The notes below the pieces were generated by a model, which saw only the letters and a list, made by a program, of their open reading frames with translations, was not told the origin of the DNA and searched no databases. From Macrostomum lignano (Eukaryota), in assembly GCA_002269645.1 (NCBI GenBank), contig NIVC01000299.1, positions 186,001 to 250,000 on the forward strand: a stretch of 64,000 nt of DNA, given 5' to 3'. Both the position numbers and the translations under genes were made by a program. Within the stretch, counting starts at the first letter, position 1. Every line of letters starts with the position of its first letter. This document shows positions 50,872 through 63,062 of the stretch, piece after piece.

Positions 50872-53800
50872 TGTAAGTCGCTATGCGTACAACATCAAAT
50901 GTGCATGGTGCGACTTTAGCCACCATTCTGACTCAGCTCAATAATTCAATAAATATACTAATCGCTATTATTCTCGCCTTCAAGCTTTCGGCAACTATCG
51001 ACTACAACAAGCAGTCTAGCCTCGTTTCACTCACTACAGTGGCGTCGCAAGCAGGATACGAACCTGCGCGGGGAAACCCCATTGGATTTCCATTCCATCC
51101 GGGACCAGCTCGTCGCGACATGCACCTCCGACAAACTGCGCAGACGGCTGCTCCAAGAAGCAGACATCACGCTGGAGGATGCCCTGCGGAAGGCCAGAGC
51201 ATTCGAGGCTGCGGAAGAGCAGGCTGCTGAGATGGAGAAGACCACCGACGCCCAGGTAGCTAACCTGGCCAGGAGCAGCAAAACAGCGACAGACAGACGC
51301 GGACCCGCCAGCGAACCGAGATCAAAGCCGAGCCAGATGAACATCTGCTACCGATGCGGCGAGCGTGGCCACGCCACCTGCGACGCAGCCAGAGGCAGGA
51401 TCTGCAATAACTGCGGTAAGCCAAATCACCTGGCCAAGGCGTGCCGTCAACCGTGCTCAGCCAGCAGCAGAGCCCGGCAGCAGATTCACGCCAACGCAGA
51501 CTGCACGGTCCCTGACGCCGTCGCCAGCGAAGACGTGTTCACCCTGCACAGAAACGGCACCTACCCGGCTGAGGTCTCGCTGAAAGTCCAAGTGGGAAGT
51601 CGGCAGCTCTCGATGATGATCGACAGCGGTGCCAGCTGCAGCATTATGAGCAGCCGCACTTTCAAGACGCTCAATCGGCCTCACCTGCGAACTCCAGAAT
51701 CAGAAGTCAGAGCCTATGGCTGCTCTGCACCACTCAACATCTTCGGAATCGCCGACCTGGAAGTTCGCGTCGGAGCAGTCAGCACCGTCGTGCCCTTCCA
51801 CATCATGGATGGCGATGGTCTCACAATACTCGGTCGCGATCCCACATTCAGGCTCGGAGTTCTCAAAATTCAGCGCCCGGAGTTCAATGCGACGGAAGCC
51901 GTGAATTCGAACAGCGACTCGGCGCGTCCGTCGCCACAGCTTCAGGCATTCTACACCGGCACAAAACAGTCTTCGAAGGCATCGGATGCATCAAAGGTGT
52001 ACAGGTCAGAGTGCAGCTGTCAGACAACGCCGTGCCAGTCTGCCACGCGCCATCCCGGGTGGCGGCGCACCTGAGAGCAGCCGTGGTGGATGAGCTGAAG
52101 GCACTGGAGCGGCAGGACATCATCGAGTCAGTCAAGGGTCCCAGCACCTGGGTGGCACGCATGGTCGTGGTGCCCAAGACCGATGGCGGCGTTAGGATCT
52201 GCCAAGACCTTCGCGACCTGAACGCCTTTGTGGTCCCCGAAAAGCAGCAGATTCCGACCCTGGACGAGGTCACCGAGGAGATGTCCGGAGCCAAGCTGTT
52301 CAGTGAGCTGGACATCCGGAAAGCCTTCTACCAGATTCCGGTGCACGAGGACAGCCGCCATCTCTTCACGTTTAGCACGCCGCTCGGACTGATGCGACTC
52401 AAGAGGCTGAGTATGGGCTTCACCAACGCTTCGGAGATCCTTCAGCGGGTCATGCTGGGCATCCTCAGCGGCATCGACGGTGTCAGGTGGGTCCACGACG
52501 ACGTCATCGTCTACGCCGCGGATGCCAAGCAGCACCACGACAGATTGGACGCCTGCCTTCACCGCCTCCGCGAATTCGGCATCACGCTGAACAAGGTCAA
52601 GTGCAAGTTCGCCAAACCGGCTGTTGAATTTCTCGGGATGTGTTGTGTACGAAGCCGAGCGGCTCAATATCGCGCAAACCTAAACTTTGCCCAGAGGGCT
52701 GTGCCGCGCTTTAGCCCACGCGTATATTTCTACCATAGATAAGGTTATAAAGGTACTGAGCCCAATACCCAACATCTCCCCTTTTGATTCAAAACACAAT
52801 GGGTCCTTCAGTCATAGGACTTCATTTGGGGGTTGACCTGAAGCCGAACAGGTTGTCGGCGGTTTCGTATGGGCCACCTCGTTTGCGGCTCGGGTTCTCT
52901 GGGCTTGCTATTCCGTCTTGCGTGCAACGATGTCGCATCACGATGTCGTGCTTCAGCTGCCAGGACCGGTAGTCTTCTTCTGAGCAATCTCCGATTTCTT
53001 CTCAGCACTCTACCGCTTGCCAGTTTGACCAGGAAGTCATTGTTTTTCATCGCTTCGACGATCACACCGTATCGGTCCCACTTCTTGGTCTGGACGTCTT
53101 GCACTGCAACTCTGTCTCGCATTTTCAGTCTTGGTAGTTAATGGGCTGCTTGGTCGAATGTCGGACTTGCACAGACTTCTTTCTTCGATGCCGATTGTTC
53201 GCAACATTTTTACTGGGATCGCGTTGATAAACGCACCCGTGTCTGGCAGTGCGGGAATGACCCTCACTCCATCGTCAGTTTTGACGCTCAAACGCACACA
53301 GCTTGATGCGATTTCGCTATTCTCCGTCTTCGTTGCAGCAAAAATCGAATTCATATTATCGCTTGTCTTGTGTGGCTTTCCATTCCTGCATTGCTTAGCA
53401 AAATGGTTAGCCTTACCGCACTTGGTGCACGATTTCCCCCAGGCTGGACATTTCTCCTTTCCGCGTTCGTGCTCACATCCGCAGAATTTGCAGATTGGGT
53501 GCTTCGCCACTATCTGACTTCGTTGAGCGGGTCCACCTGCCTGGCGGGCATCTGCGGCGGCAGTTTGCTTGGCCTTCTTGTAGCTCGAAACTCTTCGAAC
53601 TGCAGAGACTGTCGACGTCTCGCCCTTCATCGCGGCACAATTATTCTTGGAGCTTTCCATTGACTCACAAATCGTCTTGGCTCTTTCTAGTGTCAGCTCG
53701 CTGCCTTCTTCCAGCAACTTCTCCACTGTGCTGTGATCTCGAAGCCCCATGACGATTCTGTCTCTGATCTGGCACTCCGCACATATACCACAGCAGCGCT

Positions 53801-56623
53801 CAAAGTTGCATCGCGATGCCATTTCCTTTATTGCCACGTACCAGTCGCTGAACGATTCGCCCTCCATCTGATTCCGTAACCAAAACTCGCGGCGCTCGAA
53901 TATTTCATTTCGCTGGCCCGTGATGAACAGCTCCAGGGCCTTGATGATCTCTCCGGCGTCGTTCTTGTTCTCCTCGGTCAGATGCGGCAAGCTGTCCACG
54001 ACGCGCAGTGTCTCCATGCTCAGGCATTGGCGTAGCGCGAAATGACGGTACTTCTTTTTCTCGTCCTCGTTGTCCAGACTGTTGAGTCCTGAGAGCCCCT
54101 CGAAGGCCTCCCACAGTAGCTTCCACTGTGGGTATAGCTCCTTCTGTGACTCGATGTCGAAGTGCGGCGCACTTCGGACGTCGATCTTGGGTGCCATCTT
54201 GCACTTTTGGGCTTTTCACTTGGCTGCTTGCGATGCCATGTTGTGTACGAAGCCGAGCGGCTCAATATCGCGCAAACCTAAACTTTGCCCAGAGGGCTGT
54301 GCCACGCTTTAGCCCACGCGTATATTTCTACCATAGATATAAGGTTATAAGGGTACTGAGCCCAATACCCAACAGGATGCACCTGTCAGCCAAAGGCATC
54401 CAACCAGCTGCTGAGAAAATCCGCGCAATGCAAGACTTCCGGCAGCCCGCCAATGTCTCAGAAGTTCGGTCGTTTCTCGGCACCGCAAACTTTCTGGCGA
54501 AATTCATCCCAAGATTCGCCGACGTGTCAGCCCCGCTGCGCCATTTGACCAAGAAGGGCCAGCCATGGGAATGGACTGCCAGCCACACTGAGGCATTCAG
54601 CACAATCAAGAAGGCCATCGCCGGAGCCGACACGCTGGCGTTCTTCGACCGCAAGCGGCAGACGGAGCTTCTGGTGGACGCATCTCCCATCGGTCTCGGC
54701 GCCATCCTCACCCAGAAGCAGCCAGACGGCAGCAGCAGACCCGTGGCCTACGCCAGCTGTGTCAGCAGGTGCCGTGCCAAAGGGATTCAGCCTTCAGCAG
54801 ATCCGAGACTCTTCAAGGACTGACACGGAGATCCAGGCTGCGCTCAGCGCGATCAAAACCGGCAGCTGGAACATGCTCGACCCGGTGCAACGCGCACTCA
54901 AGTCCAGCAGCAGCGAACTTTCCGAGAGCGACGGAATTCTGCTCCGCGGAGATCTCATCGTTGTCCCCGAGTCGCTGCGGAGACCGATACTGCAGCTGGC
55001 CCATACTGGACATCTCGGTGCGGACAGAACCCTGAAGCGACTGCAAACCAAAGTCTGGTGGCCAAAGATGCGCAGCGACTGCGAAGTATTCGTCAAGTGC
55101 TGTGTCGGTTGCCAAGCAGCGGCCATGCACGTGCACCAGACGCCTTTGAAGCCGACGGAGATGCCGGACGGACCTTGGCAACTGCTCGGCATGGACTTCT
55201 ACGGCCCGGTGCAAGGTCAGATGCTGCTGGTCACCACGGACCTGTGCTCCAAGTACCCGGAAGTCGACATCATGCAGTCAACGACGGCCGGCAACGTGAC
55301 ACCGCATCTGAGACGGCTGTTCGGTCGGCACGGCATCCCTGCTGAGGTCATCACGGACAACGGACCGCCCTTTAACTCTGCCGACTTTCGCAGCTTCCTC
55401 AGCGGATACGGAGTTCATCATCGGCTCATCTGTCCGCTGCATCCGGAGTCCAACGGAGCCACCGAGCGTGTCAACCGCAGCATCGGGAAGGTGGTGAAGA
55501 CTGCTGTCGCTGAAGGTCGGAACTGGAGAGAGGCCCTGGACGACTGGCTTCTGGCGTTCCGCACAACGCCTCACCGAGCAACTGGGCGGACTCCGGCCGA
55601 GCTCCTCATGGGCAGGCCGATCAACGACGGAATCCCAGCCAGCAGGCAGCCGAAGTCATCTGACGTCAGCCAGGAAGCCGTGAAGGACTGGAACCGGCGG
55701 TACACGCAGCATATGAAGAGTGCGTTCGACAGGCGCTCGGCCGCAAAGAAGCACCGCATCGTTCCCGGCATGAGTGTTCTTCGCAAGCAGCAGGCACGCA
55801 AAAAAACGCAGCTGCCATTCGAAACTCAGCCATGGACGGTGCAGGAGGTTCGAGGCGACACCTGCGTCCTACGGCGAGGCCAGCAGTATTGTATGCGGCA
55901 CGTGACTCAGCTGCGGCCTCTGATGGAACCGGCGGGCCAGTCCACCGGCCAGTCCACCGGCCAGTCAGCCGGCCAGTCCGCCGGCCAGTCCACCGGCCAG
56001 TCCGCCGGCCAGTCCACCGGCCAGTCCGCCGGCCAGTTAGCCGGCCAGTCCGCCGGCCAGTCCGCCGGCCAGTCAGCCGGCCAGTCAGCCGGCCAGTCAG
56101 CCGGCCAGTCAGCCGGCCAGTCAGCCGGCCAGTCCGCCAGCCAGTCCGACGGCCAGTCAGCCGGTCAGTCCGCCGGCCAGTCCGCCGGCCAGGCCGCTAG
56201 TGAAGAAGCAGAGTCTGTGGCTCAGAGACGGCATCCAAGAGCAGCCCGCGACACGCCGAAGTGCTATACGAGTTAAGTAACTGATCCGCATTTCCTGAAG
56301 CGGCATAACTCAAGCTGAAGCGGTGTACTTCGTAAACAGTCAATTTTCTTTAGTTCGAAGTTTTTTTAATTCCTTGGGGGGGGGGAGAAGTGTAGGCAGC
56401 GCCTACTATCGTGTGTGTTGGGGGGTTGTTAGCGGCTGCGCTGCGTGACTCTGCTAGCTCAACCCTTATGCGTACAATATCAAATGTGCATGGTGCGACT
56501 TTAACCACCATTCTGACTCAGCTCAATAATTCAATAAATATACTGATCGCTATTATTCTCGCCTGCAAGCTTTCGGCAACTATCGACTACAACAAGCAGT
56601 CTAGCCTCGTTTCACTCACTACA
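50872..56623 (+). mobile_element. Defective Ty3/Gypsy element (partial gag, protease, RT, truncated RNase H, integrase) with LTRs ending at 51038 and at 56391-56623
   Basis: PBS TGGCGTCGCAAGCAGGAT at 51040, two zinc knuckles, DSGA protease, RT WVHDDVIV, HHCC/DDE integrase and PPT at ~56375-56390. RT is interrupted at 52640 and resumes at 54375. Confidence 0.9.
52641..54374 (-). mobile_element. 1.73-kb non-autonomous LTR element retaining gag; inserted antisense in the host RT
   Basis: LTRs at 52641-52774 and 54239-54374, 5-bp TSD GGATG, PBS TGGCATCGCAAGCAG, PPT AAGGGGAGA. ORF 54197-53037 encodes gag with a zinc knuckle and a DTG protease start, then jumps to the integrase C-terminal tail. 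Confidence 0.92.
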
Positions 56624-56818
56624 GCAGCCTCTTTGCAATAGGGACGAGAATGGCCAGCATTTTGTCTGTCACCGCCTCATCTTCAACAGCGATGCCATTG
56701 CTCAAAGCGGCCTCTCGGAAAAATACGATACGAGAATAAAATTTCAAAGGAGCTACTAAAAGGACTAAAGGACTAAAGCTAAAAAAGGAGCAACTTTCTT
56801 CAGCTCGCGCGAACTTAC

Positions 56819-57125
56819 CGCGCACAAAGACGTCGCACAGGCCGGTGCTGACCTAGGCGTTGGCATTGGAAAACGCCACAAAGTCGAACAGCCGACAGGC
56901 CTCGACCAGCCAGTAGAAGCCGAAGCAGTCCGGCCTGCGGCTGCACACAAAGCTGCAGTGTTTGTCGCTGAGTGCGGGCTGCGAGCGAAACTCCGTCAGA
57001 GCGACAGCGCTGCCCGTCACGTTGGTGGTGAATTGAGCAGATCCGCCGGGGGTCTTCACCGCAGCACCCAACAGGGCCACAGGAACAATGATGGCGACAA
57101 GACGGCAGTGAAGGCTTTGCTGCAT
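56819..57125 (-). pseudogene. Signal peptide plus PAN/Apple-like domain exon with premature TAG
   Basis: MQQSLHCRLVAIIVPVALLGAA...CSFVCSRRPDCFGFYWLVEACRLF. After TAG (56855-56853) the frame continues VSTGLCDVFVR to a perfect donor G|GTAAGT at 56818. Confidence 0.65.
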
Positions 57126-57380
57126 TACGAGTATTTTTAGTGCGGCCGATGCGGGTTTTTTCAAAGTCCAACTCGAACTGATGCAGATGAAGCTTGTGCT
57201 TGCCGAGGTGCGAGCCCATTGTATGCTTGGCAACTGTGCTCGGACATGCCGCGGTGATAAAAGCAAAGCATTCTGATTGGCTGAATTCACTTGCATTGCT
57301 CCAAAGTATATACTTGAAAATTTATGCTATTAACAAAATCAAACTATAGTTTCTATATAAATCTTTACTAGCACTGTTAC

Positions 57381-57635
57381 CTACTCGAGCTTACTGTACT
57401 TACTCGAGCTTACTGTACTTACTCGAGCTTACTGTACTTACTCGAGCTTACTGTACTTACCCGAGCTTACTGTACTTACTCGAGCTTACTGTACTTACCC
57501 GAGCTTACTGTACTTACTCGAGCTTACTGTACTTACTCGAGCTTACTGTACTTACTCGAGCTTACTGTACTTACCCGAGCTTACTGTACTTACTCGAGCT
57601 TACTGTACTTACTCGAGCTTACTGTACTTACTCAA
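57381..57635. repeat. 19-bp minisatellite (ACTCGAGCTTACTGTACTT), about 13 copies
   Basis: Direct tandem copies. Confidence 0.95.
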
Positions 57636-58273
57636 GACGTGTCTACCTTCTGGTTCTAAATTGATCCCTGGTTCCCTGGACTGACGCTCTCTATAAAAGG
57701 AGGCGGATGGATACAACGAACTGCCGCCAATCCCAAGCGACTCCGGAATGTGCTGTTGTATCTCAGCAGAAGACATCCGGGCTTTCCACCATGAGCCTCA
57801 CGGGCTACACGAGGCACCTTTTACTCCGTGAAAAACACCCGAAGCTAAATTAGCCATTTTTGTGGTCTAGACAGTTAAATGAGCAGCATTCTGGCTGCCA
57901 ATGCCTGGCTTTAACAAATATCGGCTGCTCCACCTCCGGTGAAACCCATTCGTCTGTGAATGATGAGGCCTGCGAACTCGGGAACAGCTCGCGGTTTCTC
58001 CGGGCAACCAGACGAGTCACTTTCAACCCTAGCGCTGCAGAACCGCTTGGAGTTGATAGAGCATTTGTCCTTGTCTATGGCCTCACTCAGCCGGTAAAAG
58101 GCAACAAGGCGAACTGAAACGTTTGGAATCGTAAAACTTGACTTTTATGGGTTAAGATGAGCGAACCGGGGCGCGAGTTTGTAAATATTGATTATTGACA
58201 CAAAGCTTGATTCCCTCAAGACGTCGAACTTCGCATAATTACTGAATATTTCATCCTTCATCCTTCGATCGAG

Positions 58274-58960
58274 ATGAAATCAGATTTCTTGTTAGTAGCG
58301 GTAATCTTGGTGCTTTCATTTCTTGGTAAGTCTGGTGGCTTAAGGTGGGAATAGTTAAAGATTTCTATGAACACTAATCTTTCAGTTAATTGCTGTAAAC
58401 TTGAGGTCAAGAAAATAAGAGTGATAGCCGGAGTGACAATCAGTGATAGCCGGAGTGACAATCAGACTGATAGCCGGAGTGACAATCAGACTGATAGCCG
58501 GAGTGACAATCAGACTGATAGCCGGAGTGACAACCAGACTGATAGCCAGATTGACAATCAGAGTGATAGCCGGAGTGACAATCAGACTGATAGCCGGAGT
58601 GACAACCAGACTGATAGCCGGAGTGACAATCAGACTGATAGCCAGATTGACAATCAGAGTGATTAGCCGGAGTGACAATCAGATTGATAGCCGGAGTGAC
58701 AACCAGAGTGATAGCCAGAATGACAATCAGAATGACAGCCAGAGTGATTATCGGAGTGACAGCCAGAACATCGTAGTGCAAGCCGAACTCTTTATCCTGC
58801 AGGTAGCACTTCAGGATGCACTGGTCGAAGAGACGCCGGCAGCAGCGTGCCCAAGTGCAAGAAGCTGAAGTCAAAGGAGTTTTGCATATTCGACAATGAG
58901 TGCTGCTCCGACAGATGTTTGCCATACACGAGGCTGAAGCCCTACCGCGGCTGCGAATGA
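58274..58960 (+). CDS. Secreted knottin-like (ICK) peptide, 65-69 aa; exons 58274-58325 and 58815 (or 58803)-58960
   Basis: Exon 1 MKSDFLLVAVILVLSFL ends at G|GTAAGT (phase 1). Phase-1 acceptors TCCTGCAG (58802) and CTTCAG (58814) give GCTGRRDAGSSVPKCKKLKSKEFCIFDNECCSDRCLPYTRLKPYRGCE*. AATAAA at 59119-59124. Confidence 0.8.
58421..58770 (+). repeat. 24-bp minisatellite (GATAGCCGGAGTGACAATCAGACT) in the knottin intron
   Basis: Tandem copies decaying toward the 3' end. Confidence 0.9.
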
Positions 58961-59231
58961 ACAGGAGTTCAGCAGGTGATCTGTGTAATCTGGATGTCGC
59001 TACATGTAGGTACATTGTACAATGTTCAAAAGATCCTGTTTTATTGTGCGTGTATTTAATGTAAATTTGAATCTTTTCAACCATAATCGTAGATATTTTC
59101 TTTCATCTCTTACTGTTCAATAAAACTTGCATGGCGTACAGCTTTCAAATACTCGAAAAGAAAATTTCGTCGTTCTTTATGACGGCTTTCGATGTGTGAA
59201 CGTGTTTTTTCAGATCAAGTATCTATAAAGT

Positions 59232-59273
59232 CGAGTCTGTCTGTCTATCTGTCTGGCTGTCTGTCTGTCTTAG

Positions 59274-59350
<77 letters not shown>

Positions 59351-59353
59351 TAG

Positions 59354-59418
<65 letters not shown>

Positions 59419-59441
59419 TAGTGTCTGTCTGTCTGTCTTAG

Positions 59442-59488
<47 letters not shown>
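59232..59488. repeat. (GTCT)n microsatellite with periodic TAGT interruptions
   Basis: Directly visible. Confidence 0.97.
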
Positions 59489-62254
59489 AGCTGGTCTCCG
59501 CCGATCTACAATGCATGTAACTAAGCTTTTGTGCAGTTTCGAATCTCAATGTCATTCCGGCTTATCGGACTGACAATTAGAGTGGCTTACTTAGTCAATG
59601 GAGGTTTAAATTGAGGTCAAGTTTCCTTTTTGACATGTGATGTATGTACCCACACTGTACAGCACATGTAAATGTATGCACAATACAAGAACAAGCAGTT
59701 GCACCCGTCTTTGCTTTGGAAAATGTGTACTTTTTCTCAGTACTAGCTACTTATTGTAACAAATTATAAGTAGCGATTGCAACGGAATTGTAAACATGAG
59801 GGCGTCAACAAGCTGTTAGTAAGATATATGTACACGAATTTAGATGTACAGTATTATACTAACTACGTCCCGGCTATTATTTTATTGTCCCAGGGTCCCA
59901 AACTAAGATAATTAATCAACTGTCAAGTCAAATGTGAATGCGCAAATCTAATGAAGCTTTTTTTAAATTCTAGTGAGTATTATGCTCGTATAGCAAAAAA
60001 CACCCCGCGGCAGGCACACGGGGTGCTCAAACCGGCCGGGAGAAGCAAACCGAGGAGAGGCCCGACTTACATGTAGACAGCAACGAAGTTGAAAAGAACG
60101 ATCGGCATGCAAGGACCACTAGAAGTTACCACGTTGTATCGTTGTACCGTTGATACAACGGTAACTACTAGTGGTCCTTGTCGGCATGCGGCACGCGGCA
60201 GATCTGGCGAAAACAGGGGGAGAATCAGACCCGCCCACGGACTCCTATTCAACCATCCCGGTGGAGCTGCTCAAGAATGTGAGATCAACTCCCAAGAAGC
60301 TTGACAACTGTAATCAGAGAGCGGACTGTAATCTGCAACCATGTACAGAGTTAAGAGAGGAAAAACTAAGCTTTTTCTGTAATATCTGATTCTACATGTA
60401 TCCCAAAGTTTGTCCAACGCAACACATATGTACATGTAAGATTTTCAAAACCCTGAATAATCTCTATATGTAACCCAAACACTTAGAAACCCTAGCTCGT
60501 AGAACTAGCTCGTAGAACTAACTAAATTTAGTTTACAACTAGGGGACTGAGTCCAGGTTTTTATATTGCTTAACCCCCGCCATTGCTAAAACAAACGAAC
60601 AGACACCTCAAACTGGAGTGGCACTTTGCGATGCTTTATCTAGAAACCCGCTTGTTTTTATTGGTCTCAGGATTATCCAGTTGGCGCAAATCTTAGTGTG
60701 ACGGTGGACTTTTCTTTGTGCCACCCCATTTTTGATAAGTCTATAAATAGACCTGGTGCGCGCCAGAGGGCGATACTTGTTTTTGATTTTGGCTCAGTTA
60801 GGAGCCTTGGACAATCAATCTCATTCTTAATTAATTCAAGAATGCAACACTTAGTCTTCAAGCTACTTTTTGTCTTAATTAAGAGACAGCCCACATACTA
60901 GAGATCCCGTGAGTTTAGACGGTGTTCTCTGACTGCCTGATAGAAGAAGTAGCTGTAAGAACCTTAGACCGCTAGACCTACATTATAGAGAGCAAGAAAG
61001 TAGAGTAAGGCACCAGAGAACGACTCGTAAATCAATTTTGCACCCCGAATATCGGCCGGTGTAAGTAGACGACATGCATTGATCTTCTCTGTATTAATCA
61101 TTAGTTCAAGCTTGCTTGCAGTTGATATGCTGTTTTTTGGTATGATGATATGCTACTAGAAATTTGTCAGCACTGTTTTTATAGTCCGTCAGCATGAGCT
61201 ACATGTTGAAGTAGCTCGATCGAGCATTTTAACAACGTGTCAGTTTAGGCGGGATTTTAAATTAGCTTTAATTTAAGAATAAGATCGTGCACGCGCTAAA
61301 TGCGGGCGGGCAGTTGGCGCAGCGCAGCTAGGATCACCGTGTCACAATAAAGCAGGTCAAAAATATACTTCTTCACGGGACGCTACATGGTGGGAAAATA
61401 CGCGTATATGGGTAGTTACCCCCGTAGTATTCTTCTGCCTTTAAGGCTGAGAAGGCTCCCTGTAGAAGTTGACACGAGTGATATTGATTATTAGAAAAGA
61501 CTAAAGAGCTAGCGGAGCTAAATCTATTTTATTTAACAACTATTGCCAATTTGTTCTTCTTTAAAATTATTTATTATTTTCTCTGTATTTAGTACAGAGA
61601 GTACAGTATTCTACAGTACTCTTCAGTACTCAATTCTACAGTACTCAATACAGTATTCTACTGTATTCAGTTTGACTAGGAGCAGTTTTATGATAGACTA
61701 CCCAATACAATATATGTACTCTTACCTTTAGAGGCCTAGTCAAGTAGAAGAATGCTAAGGTTAAGGTATACTGACTATCTATCACTATAAATTGCTATGC
61801 CAAGTTTAACAAATTTCTCAATGATTAGTGAGACAGGCATTAATAATAGCTCTAATACTTTTAAATTTTACTCGTTTTATGTTTGCCTTTCTTAGAAAAA
61901 CCTTTATTCAAATCTGCGCGAAATATTTGTTTGAATGTTGTGGTTTGCAAAAATATTTCTGCAACTATTATTTTGTTTAAACTATAACGAATTTTGGGTA
62001 TAAATAGACACGCTGAGCAGACTCGAGGAAGCAACCGTTTGCTGCCTCTCGGTTTTCGATAAGCAAATTTAGTTCGTTCTAAATATTGAAATCGCTTAAA
62101 GACTTAATCATTTCTTAGAGTATAAGAACCCCAATTGGGAGTATCAGAAACCGCTACAAGCGAGAAACCGCCTCAGGGCAGTAAATTGTAAATTCGCCTC
62201 AGGGCAGGAGAACCGCCTCATAACGAGAGAAGATCGCCTTCCGGCAGAGAAAGA

Positions 62255-62640
62255 GCATAAGCTGTGACCCTCTGATCCAGGGAACGCCCAGGACTGAGAG
62301 AATAATATTAGGGGAAGCATAGGAATAGAATAGACAGTGCTATTAGACCGCTCAGGCTAGAAAGTACAATAGAAGTACATACGCTACCAATAGAAGTACA
62401 TACGCTACCGATAGAAGTACATGCGCTACCAGTAGAAAGACAATTAATAACCAGTAGAATTATTAAGGAGAAATAGCTTTATTACAACTTTGGGTGGCAT
62501 TTAGGATTCTCAGTGCACAGGGAAGAGCACTGTGACAACTTGATAACAGCAGTGGGATATTATTAAGAGGGAAGCAAACCCCCTGTAACAACTTTGGTGG
62601 CAGCTAGTAAGGCTAGCAAAAGGAATAATTAAGAGCCCTA
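62255..62640 (+). mobile_element. Decayed dispersed repeat (probable LTR-element remnant); relatives at ~2950-3480 (-), ~44440-44640 (+), ~63860-64000 (+)
   Basis: Shared strings GCTGTGACCCTCT(G/A)ATC, GAC(C/T)GCT(C/T)AGGC, CTGTGACAACTT, GTGGGATATTATTAAG and CCCTACGACA. Confidence 0.6.
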
Positions 62641-63062
62641 CGACATTAGCAAAGCCAAAAGAGTGGCCTTGTCTTATAAGAAAATAGGTCAAATGTTAAT
62701 GTTGAAAGATATTGTCTTATTCTACTAGGCATATTTAAAAAATCTAGCTCTAGATACTTTTCTAAGAACCTTCATAGTGTTTTAGCTTTTTGCCAAAAGG
62801 GATTCATTGATATTAATCTTACAATTTTTCCAGTGCGTTTGACTTGAAGGTTGTCCTTTTTATATTTGAACTATTTATCTAATCTCCTAAGTAAAGTTAT
62901 ACTAATTTAGAAGCAATTATCACTTTCTAGGAACTTTATTTCTAAAAACAGGCAAAAATTATATTTTTGTTTTAATTTGTGAAATATTCTCAAATAGGGC
63001 CTATTCTATGTTTGTTATAAATATACACAATCAAGGCTGTATAAATAAGAGCAAAGTTGGAG

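Noticed and set aside
52128-52667. Long antisense ORFs over LINE, Gypsy and SETD2 coding regions
   Set aside because: Expected shadows of GC-rich coding sequence, with no independent motifs.
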